Source: Octopus vulgaris (Eukaryota). From it: a DNA stretch of 64,000 bases. The notes below the pieces were generated by a model. That model was given only the letters and a program-made list of their open reading frames with translations, was not told the origin of the DNA and did not search any database. The DNA lies in NCBI GenBank assembly GCA_951406725.2, contig OX597820.1, forward strand, positions 36,208,001 through 36,272,000. The letters run 5' to 3'. Positions 39,527-53,424 of the stretch are shown piece after piece. Both the position numbers and the translations under genes were made by a program. The number at the start of each line of letters is the position of its first letter. The first letter of the stretch is position 1.

Positions 39527-39819
39527 TGTAGTGAGTGCGCGATTTGAATATAGAGGCACCTACCTTCTCTTCTTAGTGACGGAGACCCTCCAGTGATGAC
39601 TAGTCCTTCCTCACAGCCCCGACCCGAACACTAACGATAGCAGCTGCTAGCCCAAACCCTTAGCGACGTCCTCACACGTCTTGTCCCCTGCACGACCCAC
39701 GTTGGAAAGGGCGCGATTTCCGCTCCCTGCGCACGCCTGACGGCTGACCCCTTCCGCTTGCCCCAGCTTCCAGTCAACGCACCCGGCTGCTGACGTCCAG
39801 CTGCTGACGTCATCCCACA
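39527..39819 (-). repeat. 5' LTR
   Basis: Direct repeat of 35612-35904; the gag ATG lies 45 nt downstream on the minus strand. Confidence 0.97.
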
Positions 39820-39892
39820 CATACAACAGCAGTCATACATTACACTACTGGGAGGAACCCATTTTACAACAGTATGTATGTCTATATACATA

Positions 39893-39988
<96 letters not shown>

Positions 39989-40802
39989 TCTGTATATGTA
40001 TGTATGCATCTTTGTATGTGCGCCACATCACCTCATACTACACAGATGTGCCAATACAGTATCAGCACACATAGTATAAACCATAAACTGACATTTAGCT
40101 GATCTATATTTGACCTGAGCCTAGTCCCAAGTCAATAACGTATTTACTACAAAACAAGCTACCTAAATGGACACCATCCATACATAGTAGTGAATAATAA
40201 CATTAACTACTCAGCTAAATATGTAGACAACAGATCAATCACAAGCCATACCAAAAGATAAAACCAATTTATTGTAAATTCTTAAAATATCTCTCTGCAT
40301 TCACTTATCAACTAATCACTAGTTTTAACATATTTGTACATTCATTAGCTCTCAAAAGAAACCTTCACAACAGGGATTTTCACGACAAGGCTCTTTACAA
40401 CAGGGGACTTCACAACAGGGTCTTAAAAACAGGGACCTGCACAACAGGGACTTTTATAACAGAGCCCTTCACAAGCATTTTTGCAAAGAATTTACATATG
40501 AATTGCTTCTAAACTTTTCTATAGAAAATCTCATCACAGGAAATTTTGACTTCAAACAAGACATTAAACTGCATCTTCTGGTGGAGCTCTAGCTCAGGAA
40601 TTCGGAAGTTCTGTGGAGTGTGGAGTAACTCATTAGCTACCACTACTCCCAAGTTTACTCTGGCTTGAGATGGTAATAGTTGTAAAGGGCCCCATTTATG
40701 CATCAAGCAACAGAAAATGGTCCTGTAGCTGGGCATACTGAACTCAGAGGAGTGCTGACCCTTAGTTATGTATTACATTAATCCACTAGTAAGTGGACAT
40801 AC

Positions 40803-40961
40803 CCTGATGTCACATAAACTTTTCCCCCCTGCTTCAGGGTTATATAGGTCCTGGACCTCAAAGGTAAGCTTGGAAGAATAAGAAACTAGTTGAGTGAACA
40901 GTATATAAGCCAACACAAGGCAACAGAAAACCATTATTATATCTTGCCAAAGAAAAGTCAT
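40803..40961 (-). CDS. Candidate first coding exon of a small hydrophobic peptide (exon 40803-40997)
   Basis: Strong acceptor ttttcttttctctcttcatgttctgtacctacag and AGG|gtatgt donor; reads MTFLWQDIIMVFCCLVLAYILFTQLVSYSS... Confidence 0.25.
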
Positions 40962-42809
40962 GAGTCTCCTGCCTTTAGATGTCCATAATTACTGATCCTG
41001 TAGGTACAGAACATGAAGAGAGAAAAGAAAATGTTTATAAAGTTTTCAAACATTTTTATATTTTGATAATTTTTCTTTACATATATCCATTTATGAAACC
41101 TACGATTCCTACCAAGTTGTTTGCTGCAGTTAATTTTGTCCCTGTGTACAAATAAAAAAATTTCAAATGTCACAGCAGCAGAATGTAACACGTATGTTGA
41201 AACTCTGGGTGACAATCTTCACAGCTTAAATGTTTAATAAATGTTATTTCACTCTTTAGAACAATATTGAGTACTTTCTTTCACTTACAGTTTACATCAG
41301 TATCATAATACCATCAATTATATAAATGCATACACATATGTATATGTGCATAAGTGTGTGTTTATTAAATCTGTTTGAACACATTTTGTGTTAGAATTAT
41401 GGAATTTTCAAGTTAAAGTTGAAATTAACAAGAAATTCCTTTGCAACATGGAGAAATATTTTTTATGAATGAGTCAGAAGAGAGTTCAAAATTTAATTCT
41501 GTAATAAGTTAAGTGAGAAGAAACAGAACCCATATACCTTGCTGGTCTCCTCAGATTTTTGAAATTGATTTGGTTAGTGTTCTGATTAAACTATTTGCAA
41601 GGTGATGTCCAAAGAAAAAAATTCTAATGGGTAAACAAATAAAGAAGCCCATCCAGAATGAGAGATTAGACCAAAGCTACTGAACTACAATATACAAGAG
41701 GGACTGAGTGGTAGGTGTTGAGATGTATTAAAATGTTGGTTTGCCTGTGCAGGAAACAAAATTTGTTTGAAGTGGAGAAAATGAGTGCAGTAACAAGAAA
41801 ACAAAAAGTTTCTTTGAATTCGTTTTAATAGAATTTCAATGACAACAAGGAAGAATCAAATAAATGTTTTCTAAAGGATTACAACAATGATTACCGCAAA
41901 TGGTGGGCTGTGAGAATAGTGTGTGGTAGTAGTACTGGTAGTGGTGTACGTGATTTGATGGGATATGATGTAATGTGGGCATGGTGTCTTTGGTGCTGGT
42001 GTTTGTTTATGTGTGTTTGCTTGCTTATGTAGTGTGTGTGTGTGAGGGAGTGTTTTCTCACTTATTCAGTGCATGTGTGTGTATGTGTATGTGTGTGTAT
42101 GAAAATATGTGTATTAGGTGTGCATGTTTGCTCTTTACAGTAAACATTAAACAGCATCCAGTGATTAGACACCAGCTTGAGAGTTCAGGAGTCCTAGGGA
42201 GAATGTAGTTACCCCTTAATCAACACTATTCCTAGGCCCATTCCTAGGGATGATTGCACTTGTCAAGGGCCCCAATTTACATGTCATCAAATGGCAGAAG
42301 ATGATCTTATGAATAAGACACAGGACTCACAGGAAGACAGGTGCCTACATGCATGTCACACAACATCTCCAGTATCTAGACATTGCCTGACATCACATGA
42401 ATTGGTCCCTCTGACCTTGTACCTCAAAGGTATGCTTGGGAGAGTGGGAGACTCACAGAATGAACTATATGTAAATTGACACAAGGTAACAAGAACCCCC
42501 TGCAGGACCTTCTCCGAGAAAAATCAAGAATATTTGGATTTGGTATGGAAGTTCATGATCACTGATGTCTCTAGGCATGGCACTTAAAAGATGTTGTGCA
42601 TGCATGATGGATATCAAGATGCTGTTTCTGTTGCTGCTATCATTGCTGTTGTTGCTCTTTATCTCCAGATCAAAGATGATTAGACAGATTTATGATCAAA
42701 ATTATTCCACCTATGGCCAATCCATTATTTTTAAGACAGTGCTGTGTGAGACAATAGTGGCTAAGAGGTGGTTCCAAATTCCTCAAGATTAAAGAGTCCT
42801 CACTCGTAG

Positions 42810-42997
42810 ATGTAGGAGTGGCTGTGTGGTAAGTAGCTTGCTTACCAACCACATGGTTCTGGGTAGTCCCATTGCGTGGCACCTTGAGCAAGTGTCTTCT
42901 ACTATAGCCTCGGGCCAACCAAAGCCTTGTGAGTGGATTTGGTAGATGGAAACTGAAAGAAGCCCATCATATATATGTATGTATATATATATATATA

Positions 42998-43031
<34 letters not shown>

Positions 43032-43232
43032 TGTTTGTGTGTTTGTGTTTGTTCCCCCAACATTACTTGACAACCAATGCTGGTGTGTTTACATCCCCAT
43101 AACTTAGTAGTTCGGCAATAGAGACCAATAGAATAAGTACTAGGCTTACAAAGAATAAGTCCTGCGGTCGATTTGCTTGACTAAAGGCGGTGCTCCAGCA
43201 TGACTAAAACAACTAAAAGAGTAAAAGAGTAA
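42810..43232 (+). mobile_element. Dominant CORE-type SINE
   Basis: Same structure as 17061-17453. Confidence 0.9.
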
Positions 43233-43369
43233 ATACCCTAGTTTGTTTAGTTATTTGACACAAACTGTTATAGCATGTGAAAGGCTACTTATATCAAATT
43301 ATTGGAATATGAATGATATATTGCTAGAGGGTGAGCGATTCCTCGTTATTGGTGTACGTGCACTTTCAT

Positions 43370-44535
43370 TGGTTCTAACTGTATGTGGTTGATATTAGGT
43401 TGGTGTAGCTATGTGGTGTAGCTATGTGGTGTAACTATGTGATGTAACCATGTGGGTGTAACTATGATGGCGGCGAGCTGGCAGAAACGTTAGCACGCTG
43501 GGCGAAATGCTAAGCGGTATTTCGTCTACCGTTACGTTCTGAGTTCAAATTCCGCCAAGGTCGACTTTGCCTTTCATCCTTTCGGGGTCGATAAATTAAA
43601 GACCAGTTACGCACTGGGATCGATAGAATCGACTTAATCCGTTTGTTTGTCCTTGTTTGTCCCCTCTATGTTTAGCTCCTTGTGGGTAATAAAGAAATAT
43701 ATGTGGGTGTGTGTATGTATATTTGTGTGCGTGTGTGTGTGTATTTGAGAGAGAGTTAAAAATCTGAGTGATGTAGCTGTATGTGGTTGATATCAAGGTG
43801 GTAAACGTGTGTGTGTGTGTTTGTGTGTGCATGTGTATGTGTGCACGCATGTGTATGTATGTGTGTGTGAGAGAGAGAAAGAAAGGGAGAGTGAAAGAGA
43901 GAGAGGGAGTTAAATATTTGGGTGATGTTGCTGTATATGGTTGATATCAAGGTTGTGTACCTGTGTGTGTGAGTGTGTGTGTACACGTGTGCATGTGTGT
44001 GTCTTATGTATATGTGTGTGTGTATGTGTTTTATGTATGTGTATGTATGTGTCTTATGTATGCGTGTGACAGAATCTGGGTGGTGTATCTGTGAGTGTGG
44101 TAGCTACCAGGGATGGTGTACATGTATGTGTGGTTGATCTCAAGATAGTGCAGCTGTGTGGAGGAGTATCAACTTCACACAGGTGAGTAATGTAGATATC
44201 AGTGCGGTCTGTGTGGTTGATATCAGTGTAGTGTTGTTGTGTGTAGTTGCTATCAGTATGGTGTAGTTATGTCTGATATATATCAGGTTGATGTGTATAA
44301 GTGACATCAGGGGAGCATGTATTGTGGTTACCAGCATGGTGCATGTGGGTGATATCAGGGTGAGACAGCTATGTGTGTGGTAAGTATCAGGGTGGTTTTG
44401 CTCTATCTAGTTGATATCAAGGTGATGTAGTTGTGTGTGGTAGATAACAGAGTGGCATGTGTATGCAATAGATAACAGAATGGTTTGTGTGTGGACATCA
44501 GGGTGGGGAGTACTGTATATATCAGGGTGGTTAGT
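43370..44535. repeat. Degenerate minisatellite (gtggttgatatcagggtggtgtagctgt)
   Basis: Recurring gatatcag / ggtgtagct units. Confidence 0.6.
43469..43697 (+). mobile_element. tRNA-derived Meta-type SINE, well preserved
   Basis: ggcggcgagctggcaga head, B box gagttcaaattcc, and domain gtcgactttgcctttcatcctttcggggtcgataaa; further decayed copies at about 18300, 18540 and 22710 (minus). Confidence 0.8.
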
Positions 44536-44939
44536 TGTTGTTATTTAATTCTAGAAAAAGCAGAACTATCAGCAAAGGTTTACCAGTCATTGAACCCTGT
44601 CTTGCTTTCAAGACTAATGTACCTAGGATTACTCTACTCAGTGTGCTCTTCTTGAGTTTAAAACAGTGGGGTGTGATATGAGGAAGGTTTGGCTACTATT
44701 TGTACCCGGACAAGAAAACACACAGAGACTCCTCGCTGCAATCAAAGTCATAACAAGGTGGTGTTAGTTGAGAGTGGTGACAGACAGTGACTATATATAA
44801 CATATACTTCAGTTAAACACACCTTTTTAGTCTAACTGACTCACTGAAAACTCCTTCCTTCACTATTTCCTTTCTCTGTGTCAACGTATTTAGTTATAAG
44901 ATTAACTCTATGTACATGCATTCATGCATATGTGTATGA

Positions 44940-44976
<37 letters not shown>

Positions 44977-45164
44977 TGTGTCTGTGTGTCTGTGTGTACA
45001 TGTGTGATTGTGAGTTTAATATGGTTCATTTTGTATATGTATTCTTGTGTATGTATGTGTGCATATATATGTATGCACACACACCTATATATATATAGTG
45101 CTCAAGAGGTCATATATATATGCATTCATACCCATATATATATATAAAAATCAATATATATATA

Positions 45165-45215
<51 letters not shown>

Positions 45216-45372
45216 TCGTCAGGGTGGGCCAAAATTCATGCTCAAAATAAGTTCAATATGCTCTGGAATTGTTAAAGGTATGCTTCAATTTTTCTAAAAG
45301 TAAATAAAATAAATAAAATACTGATGAGAATACGTATACTTGTACATGATGATCAAAATGAATATTAATAAC

Positions 45373-45425
<53 letters not shown>

Positions 45426-45629
45426 TAATAATAATAATAATAAAATAAATAAATATATAATAGCTGATAAAACTAATCTCGAGATCTCTAATAAACCACA
45501 GGAAAGGAACAGTGATAGCTTACTTGATGATAGATATATAAATGATCTGGGAGAAGACAAAACTAATGGTGACATGACAGATGGGCAAAAGGCAATCTAC
45601 GATAGAATAAAGGCAAGGCTACAGGGGAA

Positions 45630-46530
45630 CTGTAAGAGAGATGGCAAGCTGTTTAGTCTGTCGAGTCTGAAAGTAAAATCCAGGATGTGCCAGGTACTCA
45701 TCAGAGAAATTCTATTCACAAACAATGCAGCACTGACAGCACACTCTGAGGAGCAAATGTAACACCACATGGACAAACTTTCAAAGGCCTGTGAGAAATT
45801 CAGCCTGAAGAAGACACAAGTAATGGGCCAAAGTATCAAGCACCCCTACCCCCACTACCACCAGCACCACCATCGCCATCAACAACTACAAGCTGAAGGT
45901 AGTCCATCAATTCACCTATCTCGGCTCTACCATCACTGATGACCTCTCCCTTGGACCCTGAGATCAACAGGCAAATCGGACAAGCATCTTCCACATTTGC
46001 CTGGCTCCCAAAGAGAGTCTGGGAAAGCAAAAAACTGGCAGCAATCACCAAAATTGCTGTCTATAAGGTGTGCATCCTTAGTATGTTACTTTATGACAGT
46101 GAGATGTGGAGCCTCTACTCCAGACAGGAGTGATACCTCAACATCTTTCACCTTCATAATTTGAGACATATCTTGGATATCAAGTGGACTGGCCACATCA
46201 CCAACACCGAAGTCCACAACTGAGTCAAGATACCCAGCATTCTCACCCTGCTCCAGCAGCGTTATTTCTGCTGGCTCATCATGTACATCACATGCTGGAT
46301 GAAAGGATCCCAAAAGTCCTCCTGTATGGGGAATTTGCTATGGCACAAGAGCATAAGGACAACCTCATCTTCATTTCAAGGACGTTTGTAAGAGGGATAC
46401 AAAGTCACTTGATCTGGACGTCCTGAGATGGGAGGAGGTTGCAAATGATTGCCCACACTGGAGACAAATACTGTGAAATGGGATGAAGAGAGTAGAAGAA
46501 AAATATGAACTTGCCACCAAAGAAAATGGA
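45630..46530 (+). mobile_element. RTE/BovB-like LINE 3' fragment
   Basis: RDGKLFSLSSLK..IREILF..AALTAHSEEQ, VVHQFTYLGS, RVWESKKL, and RIPKVLLYGE. Confidence 0.85.
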
Positions 46531-47772
46531 CACACCACCATCAGCAGTCTACATAATTTCTACAGGCACAGATCCATGGCTTCTCAAGACCAATGGATGC
46601 TTACTACTACATACTTTTAAGCCTGGTAATTTTTCTTTTGGTCTCTTTTGCTAAACTGCTAAGTTATGGCAATGTAAATACTCTGAGATCAGTCATCAAG
46701 CAGTGGTTGTGGACAAACACACACATACATACATACAATGGGCTTCTTTCAGTTACTGTTTTCCAAATCCACTTACAAGGCTTTGGTTGATTCAAGACTG
46801 TAGTAGAAGACACTTGCCCAAGGTGCTATGTAGTGGGACTAAATCGAGACCTTGTGGTTGAGAAGCAAATATTTTACCACAGAGACATACCTGCAACTAT
46901 GTATGCAAATAGTGTAAAAACTGTTTGCTGGTGTGCAAAAGCATCATACAAGGAAAGCAAAATTCAAATTTCGTGTCTGAAGCACTGTAATAATGTATGT
47001 ATTATTGATATCACATATGGGGTGCATGTGCATTAGTAAATGCTACAAAGCTGTGGTATTTCTCCATTAAAGATGATGATGATCATCATCATGATGATGA
47101 TCATCATCATGATGATGATCATGATCATGATGACGACGACGATGACGATGATGACAACGACGACGATGACAAGGATGATGATGACAATGGTCAAGATGAT
47201 AACAATGTTGATGATGATGATGTCAATGATGATGATGTCAATGATAATGGTGGCTTATTACGAATAACACCCAACATTTTAATATACATAATGTGAAATT
47301 TGTATGCATGTTATGCATGTGAATGAAAAAATAATGGATTCACAAAAGCTGAAATATTTCATGTAAAATTAAATGTAATCCCCAGGTACAATGGTAAAAA
47401 ATGCTCAGAAAAGAAGTTGAGAATGAAAAATATTTTATTACATGTAGATCTTAAAACACATAGCCTTCTACTGCCACAAGAAAATTCCCCATTGAGAACT
47501 GCAAAAAAGATCTGGAATATTCCCTGAGACTGACAGGTGTAAAAATTAATCTTTTCTTTCTGACTATTGATTCCTATCAAAAACTGGCATAAAAGATGAC
47601 TGACCAGAAAAAATATCAGTAAGGTTTATAACAAGAGTTCAGGGATATAGTCAAAAGTAACTCTGGTCATGTGTCTAAATCTTTCGTCACATCCCCTGTA
47701 ATCTCTCCAGTGACTTGCTATCCCCTGTGTCTCCTCCTGTTCTGTTTACAAAGGATTTTTTTGATTTTCAAA

Positions 47773-47983
47773 CTTAACCCTTTAGTATTCAAATTGGCCC
47801 TTTCAGACCCTAATAGTTTCCTTATGATCAAACCAGCAAGATCAGGCTTCTCGTATCTGTCCTACCATGTCATTCTTAAAATAAACAATCACATCATTGA
47901 TATCTCAAAGCTACAAGATAATATATGATATATTCAAAACAAGCATTTCATTTGACCAAGTAATCTAATTGCTAAAGGATTAA
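47773..47983. mobile_element. piggyBac-type MITE
   Basis: ttaaccctttag...ctaaaggattaa; inverted relative of 61265-61493. Confidence 0.7.
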
Positions 47984-48091
47984 ATATAAATGCTACAGGA
48001 CTAAATTGAAGCTAAAATATTAAATATTCCATCTTCAAATTCAAGAAAGATTATCTGCTACAACTACATCTGATCTTTCTATCCTCTAGTC

Positions 48092-48374
48092 CAGGACTTC
48101 TCAACCAGGGTCCATATGGAACTTGGGAGCTCAAATAAGATTTTGAGGGTCCATAGATGCGACATAATTATGTTTTAGACCAGTAAAGTTTATGTGCAAT
48201 AAACTGGTCAAATGCCCACAATACTATTTTAACAATTTTTCCATTCAATTTCTAAAAATATTTAATTATAAAACTACAAAAGGATTTTTTAAACATCAAA
48301 TGGCTATGGGGGTCCACCCAAGTAAAATAGGAATCAAAGGGGTCCATAGGTAAAAAAATGATTGAGAACCCTTG
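48092..48374. mobile_element. hAT (Charlie-like) MITE with 8 bp TSD
   Basis: caggacttctcaacc / attgagaacccttg termini; TSD ctctagtc / ctctagcc; related to the hAT end at 29827. Confidence 0.85.
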
Positions 48375-48905
48375 CTCTAGCCACTACCCTTACATATGAG
48401 ACTCTCTGACTATCATCACCACTACCAGCATCACAGTACACTATATCTCCCTGCTAGACAAGAAACCCTCTGATCACTACTGCATTGCTACATGTGATTC
48501 TTCTCTCCTTCTCTCACTCTTACATTACTGTATGAACTTGGTAGTGAGGCAGTCTCTATTCTGTTCTTTGACCAGCTAGAAATCACAGCCTATTGCTTTG
48601 AAAAAAAAGGAAAGATACATTGTACAATGTAATGTCTAATATACAAGAAAATGAAATGGCCACAATGGGTATGTTTTTAATTATGACTGCAGCAGCAATA
48701 ACGAAGAAGATAAAGATGACAAACCAGTGCCAAACACATTTTCTGATTATTCAGTTCAGCTAACTTGGTCAGATGTACCCTAACTGCCCTTGTCAGTAAA
48801 GGTCAAAATGTAAACATAACTCGATTTTAACCTCTCCATCCCACACACTGCAAAATATTGTACACCTTTACCTCCCAACCATCTTCCCATACCATAGACA
48901 AGACT

Positions 48906-48931
48906 ATGGATACTAACTTACTTGACAACAG
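48906..48931 (+). CDS. Candidate first coding exon (MDTNLLDN) of a gene continuing at 60207
   Basis: actATGg Kozak context with an upstream in-frame stop; CAG|gtaaga donor in phase 2. Confidence 0.3.
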
Positions 48932-49964
48932 GTAAGAAAAAAATGGCAATATGATGTGTGTATGTGTGTGTGTGTGTGTGTCTTTGTGTGTATGTATGTA
49001 TGTATGTATGTATATATGGGTGCGTATATGTACATATGCAGTTGTAAGTGCCAATGATTAGGTAGCTGTATGTGTACATATGTATGTATATATGTATGTT
49101 TGTAGACAGGTAGGCAGGTAGGTATGTAGGTAGGTAGGTAGGTAGGTGAGTAGGTAGGTAGGAAGGTGGGTAAGTAGGTAGATATGTACATGTGTATGTA
49201 CATGAGAAAGAAAGAGAGAGAGAGGGAGAATGTGTGCGAGAATATGTGTGCGGTATGTTTGTGTGTGAGAATTTGTGTTTTGTGAGTATGTATATGTGTA
49301 GGTGTGTGTATGTGTGAGAGAATATGTGTGTTTGTGTGTATGTGGGACCTTTAGAATATATAAATTGATGAATTAATTGGAAACTAACAGGTAAAAACAG
49401 CAAATCATGTAGGAAATGGGAAGGAAATGAGACATACATATGTCATCTCCAAGGATTGTATCATAGAATAGGATATGATGTCAGAAAATTGCAAATACTT
49501 AATTAATTTCTTAGTAATTGAGTATTTGACATCATATCCTGTCCTCTGATACTATTTTCTTTTTAATTATGCTAATATTCACTCTTATACATTATTGTAC
49601 ATCTACTTCAGAATTCTCTAATCAATACTTTGGTAAACATAACAAAATTAGTTCATCTCAGTGTGTGTGGGTGTGGGTGTGGGTGTTATTCTGTCCTTAC
49701 GTTCTGTGATAGTTGTATGACATTGTGTGATAGTTGTAAGCAAGTGCCACTGTCAATCAAGCAGTGTCCTTTGTTTCCAGTCTTCCATGAAAATATTTCT
49801 GGTCATGGAGAAATATTACCTTACCTTTGGAAACGGGTGAATGTTGGCAACAGGAAGGGCACCTGGCCACAGAAAATTCACCTCAACAAATTCCATCCAA
49901 TTCATGGGAAACATGGAAAAGCAAACATTAGATATATCATCATTATCCTCATTGTCAGTGATAG

Positions 49965-50405
49965 TGCTGGTGGCAGAGGCGGCGGAAGAGGCGGTGGCAG
50001 AGGTGGCAGCAGAGGTAGTGGCAGAAGTGGAGGCAGTGGCAGAGGTAGTGGCAGTGGTAGAGGCAGCAAAGTGGAGGCAGTGGCAGTGGAGGTGGTGGTA
50101 GAACTGGAGGTGACGGTGGCAGTGGAGGCTGTGGTGGCAGAACGGCAGTGGCAACAGAGGGAGCAGTGGGGTAGAAGCAGCAGCAGTGGAGGTGGTAGAG
50201 GCGGCAGATGTGACAGCGGGGGAGGATATGATGGCGGCAATGGCTGCAATGGCAGCAGCGGATGCAACAGTGGCAGCAGCAGATGCAACGACAGCAGTAG
50301 ATGCGATGGCAGTGGTGGACGCAATGGTGGTGGCAGACACGACGGTAATGGAGGTGGCAGCAGAGGTGGTGGTGGAAGCGGCAGAGGTGGCAGAAGTGAT
50401 AGTGA
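49965..50405. repeat. G-rich low-complexity repeat (GGCAGT/GGTGGC/AGAGGT)
   Basis: Direct reading. Confidence 0.8.
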
Positions 50406-51767
50406 GGAGCAGTGTCATCATAGTTTTAACATCCACTTTTCCATTTTTGTATGAGTCATGCAGAGTTTATTTTTTTATATGTCATTCAAGTCACAAGCCC
50501 TCACTTATTTCCAAACTATCTCCATAGCCAGAAATATTTTTGTAGGATATTGGAAATGAACAGCGCTCACCAGGAGAAGGATGAAGGTTGGTGACAGGAA
50601 GGGCATCAAACCATAGAATTTCTGCTTCAGAAAATTCTATCAACTAATGATGATGATGATGATGATGTTGATAATGATGCATGCTTTATATTACTGTCCC
50701 AAGTCCTGGAACCCATAGGATGGGTTACCTGGTTTCCATAGTGTATAAGTGACTGAGATCACAATATACCCCTGAGTGGGACACTAGTTCATTGTAGAGT
50801 TACCTGTTTAGTGCTGAGTGGACTGGGACAATATGAAATGTAGTGTTTTCTTCAACAACACAATGTGCTGCACAATCTGGGAATTGAAACCACAATCTTG
50901 CAGTCATGAGTGTTACACACCAACCACTAAGCCATGTGCCTTCAAACAGACACGCACACACTCATAAACACTCACACATACAAATATAGACACACACACT
51001 CACACACAAAGACACCCACATACACAGTCACACACGGACACTCACACACACACACCTAAATACAGACATTCACACACACACACTCATAGATACCCCCACA
51101 CACACTCACACACACTTACACACACATACACACAAATACACACATTCACACACACAAACACACTCACACACCCACAACACACCCACGCACATAGACACTC
51201 ACACATGCACATGCTCCCACACAGACACTCACACACCCTCACATACCCAAACACAGACACTCATACACACACACTCATAGACACTCACATACACACACAC
51301 TCACACACACATACACACACTCAGACACACTCACACACACAAATACACATTCATAGGTACTCACGCACACTCATAAATACTCTCACACACACACACACAC
51401 ACATACACACTCACATCCACAAACATAAACACCCACACATACACACATACACACTCACACACGCACTCATAGACATTCACCCTCCCCCCCATACACACAT
51501 ACATTAAAGAATTCAAAGGTTGATGACTGCTTTATCTTACTGCTTTGTCTGACAACATTCTGGCAACATTCCATTTGCCAGAAACCTAATTGCAGTTTTT
51601 GTTTGACTCAGGACAGTAGCTCCATCAGAGAGATGCCACGATAGATATTATTATAACTGCACAAATGACAACTTCATCTGTTAACCATCTTGGAATTTCT
51701 GCAGTTGTTACGGCATCAGCAATTACAGTAGTTTGTAACATAGACACAAAACCATACATTGTTGTTG

Positions 51768-51799
<32 letters not shown>

Positions 51800-52124
51800 G
51801 GTGGTGGTCATTTATATACCCTCTCCACTTATCATTAATAACAATAATAACAATAAAAAATACCCTACACCCCATCATCACCATTGTCATTGTTGTCATC
51901 ATCAATTAACATTTGTCCTCCAGGTTGGTATGAGATGGATGGTCCAACAGGATCCAATGAACCAGAAAACTGCAGAATCTGGTTGGGTGACATCATTTAT
52001 TTTTGCCATCTACCATGGATTTGATCTCTGTTACTTATTTAATGTTTGAGAATATTTTTGCTAGCTTTACACACAAGAACATCACTTTGTTTATGAAGAC
52101 TATTGCATTTTCTTCCATTCCAAA

Positions 52125-52586
52125 TCTGGTTGGTTGGTCGGTTGCTTGCTTGCTTACTTCTTCGTTAGTTGATCAGTCAGATGGTCAATTGGTTGGTCGG
52201 TCAGTCGGTCGGTTGATCGGTCGGTTGGTTGGTTGATTGACTGGCTGCTTGCTTGGTTAGTGGGTTAGTTTGTTGGTTGGTCGGTTGGTTTGTTGGTTGG
52301 TTAGTTGGTTGGTTGGTTGGTTGGTTGGTTGGTTGGTTGGTTGGTTGGTTAGTTGATTGGCTGACTGGCAGGTTGCTTGCTTGGTTAATGTGTTGGTTGG
52401 TTGGTTGGTTGGTTGGTTGATTGGTTGGTTGGTTGGTTGGTTGGCTGGTTGGCTAGTTGGCTGGTTGGATGTTTGCTTGATTAGTGGGTTGGTTGGTTGG
52501 TTGGTTGGTTGGTTGGTTGGTTGGTTGGTTGGTTGGTTGGTTGGTTTGTTGACTGATTTGTTTGTTGGCTGGTTGGTTGATTGGTT
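52125..52586. repeat. (TTGG)n tetranucleotide array
   Basis: Direct reading. Confidence 0.95.
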
Positions 52587-53269
52587 ACCACATTGACTCA
52601 GGTATCTATGGTTTTACAACATATAACATCCTACCATACTAAACTCCAAGTAACATTGCCAGTAAAGTACCTACAAAAATGTATGTATTGTAGCAGTTTT
52701 GTTCAGTTTATTTTGCTTGATTGAGTGGGCAATTAATTGTCCATCCTACAAACTTAGAAGAATTAGTCTTAGACTCAGAAATTACTGAAGTTTGAAAAAC
52801 CGTTGATATAGGAATAGGTGTGGGTATGTGTGGTTAAGAAGCTTGCTTCCCAACCAGATGGATTCAAGTTCAGATCTACTAAAGAAAGTACATTCTACTA
52901 CAACAATACTCTGTCTTTTGTGTGTGTGTATTTTAGTTTTTGTGTTTGTCCTTCACCATTACTTGACAACCAGTGTTGGTTTGTTTATATTCCCATAATT
53001 TAGCAGTTCAGAAAAAGATGTTGATAGAATAAGTACCATGCTTACAAAAAATAGTACAGAGTTGACTTGTTCGATTGAACACTTCAGAGCAGTGCCCCAG
53101 AATGGCTGCAGTCCAATAACTGAAATAAGCTAAGGATTATGAGATTGATAAAACTGATGAGAAACCAATAAAGCTTAAAAATCAAATAAGGTTGTTTGTC
53201 ATTTTTTTTCAATCAACTACAAAGTAGCTAAATTTGCCATTATGTATCTACTATATAGATTACATGTGT

Positions 53270-53301
<32 letters not shown>

Positions 53302-53424
53302 CTGTGTGTGCATGTGCGCATGTGTGTGTATGTATGTAAATATATATATATATATATATATATTCAATTAGAAGTTAAATTAGCCTCATTAAGGAATAGT
53401 AACCTACCGGTATATCTTTTCTAC

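Larger units (their letters stand above)
35612..39819 (-). mobile_element. Full-length 4.2 kb Ty3/Gypsy LTR retrotransposon (gag-PR-RT-RH-IN)
   Basis: Two 293 bp TGT..ACA LTRs differing at 2 sites; flanks AATAC/CATAC; Gypsy domain order; much more GC-rich than the flanks. Confidence 0.97.

Noticed and set aside
35612-39819. Bacterial or viral insert suggested by the high GC
   Set aside because: LTRs, a target duplication and gag-pol order identify an LTR retrotransposon; no env ORF is present.
40365-40475. Short regularly spaced repeats (ttcacaacaggg) resembling a CRISPR array
   Set aside because: ~16 bp minisatellite without unique spacers, in eukaryotic DNA with no cas genes.
49630-50527. 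Gly/Ser-rich and Pro-rich ORFs on both strands
   Set aside because: Low-complexity repeat open in several frames and flanked by SINE/LINE tail fragments.
51540-51730. Exon-like unique stretch
   Set aside because: The plus-strand reading I tested after the acceptor soon hits a stop; the minus strand gives YRGISL, suggesting a decayed LINE RT fragment.
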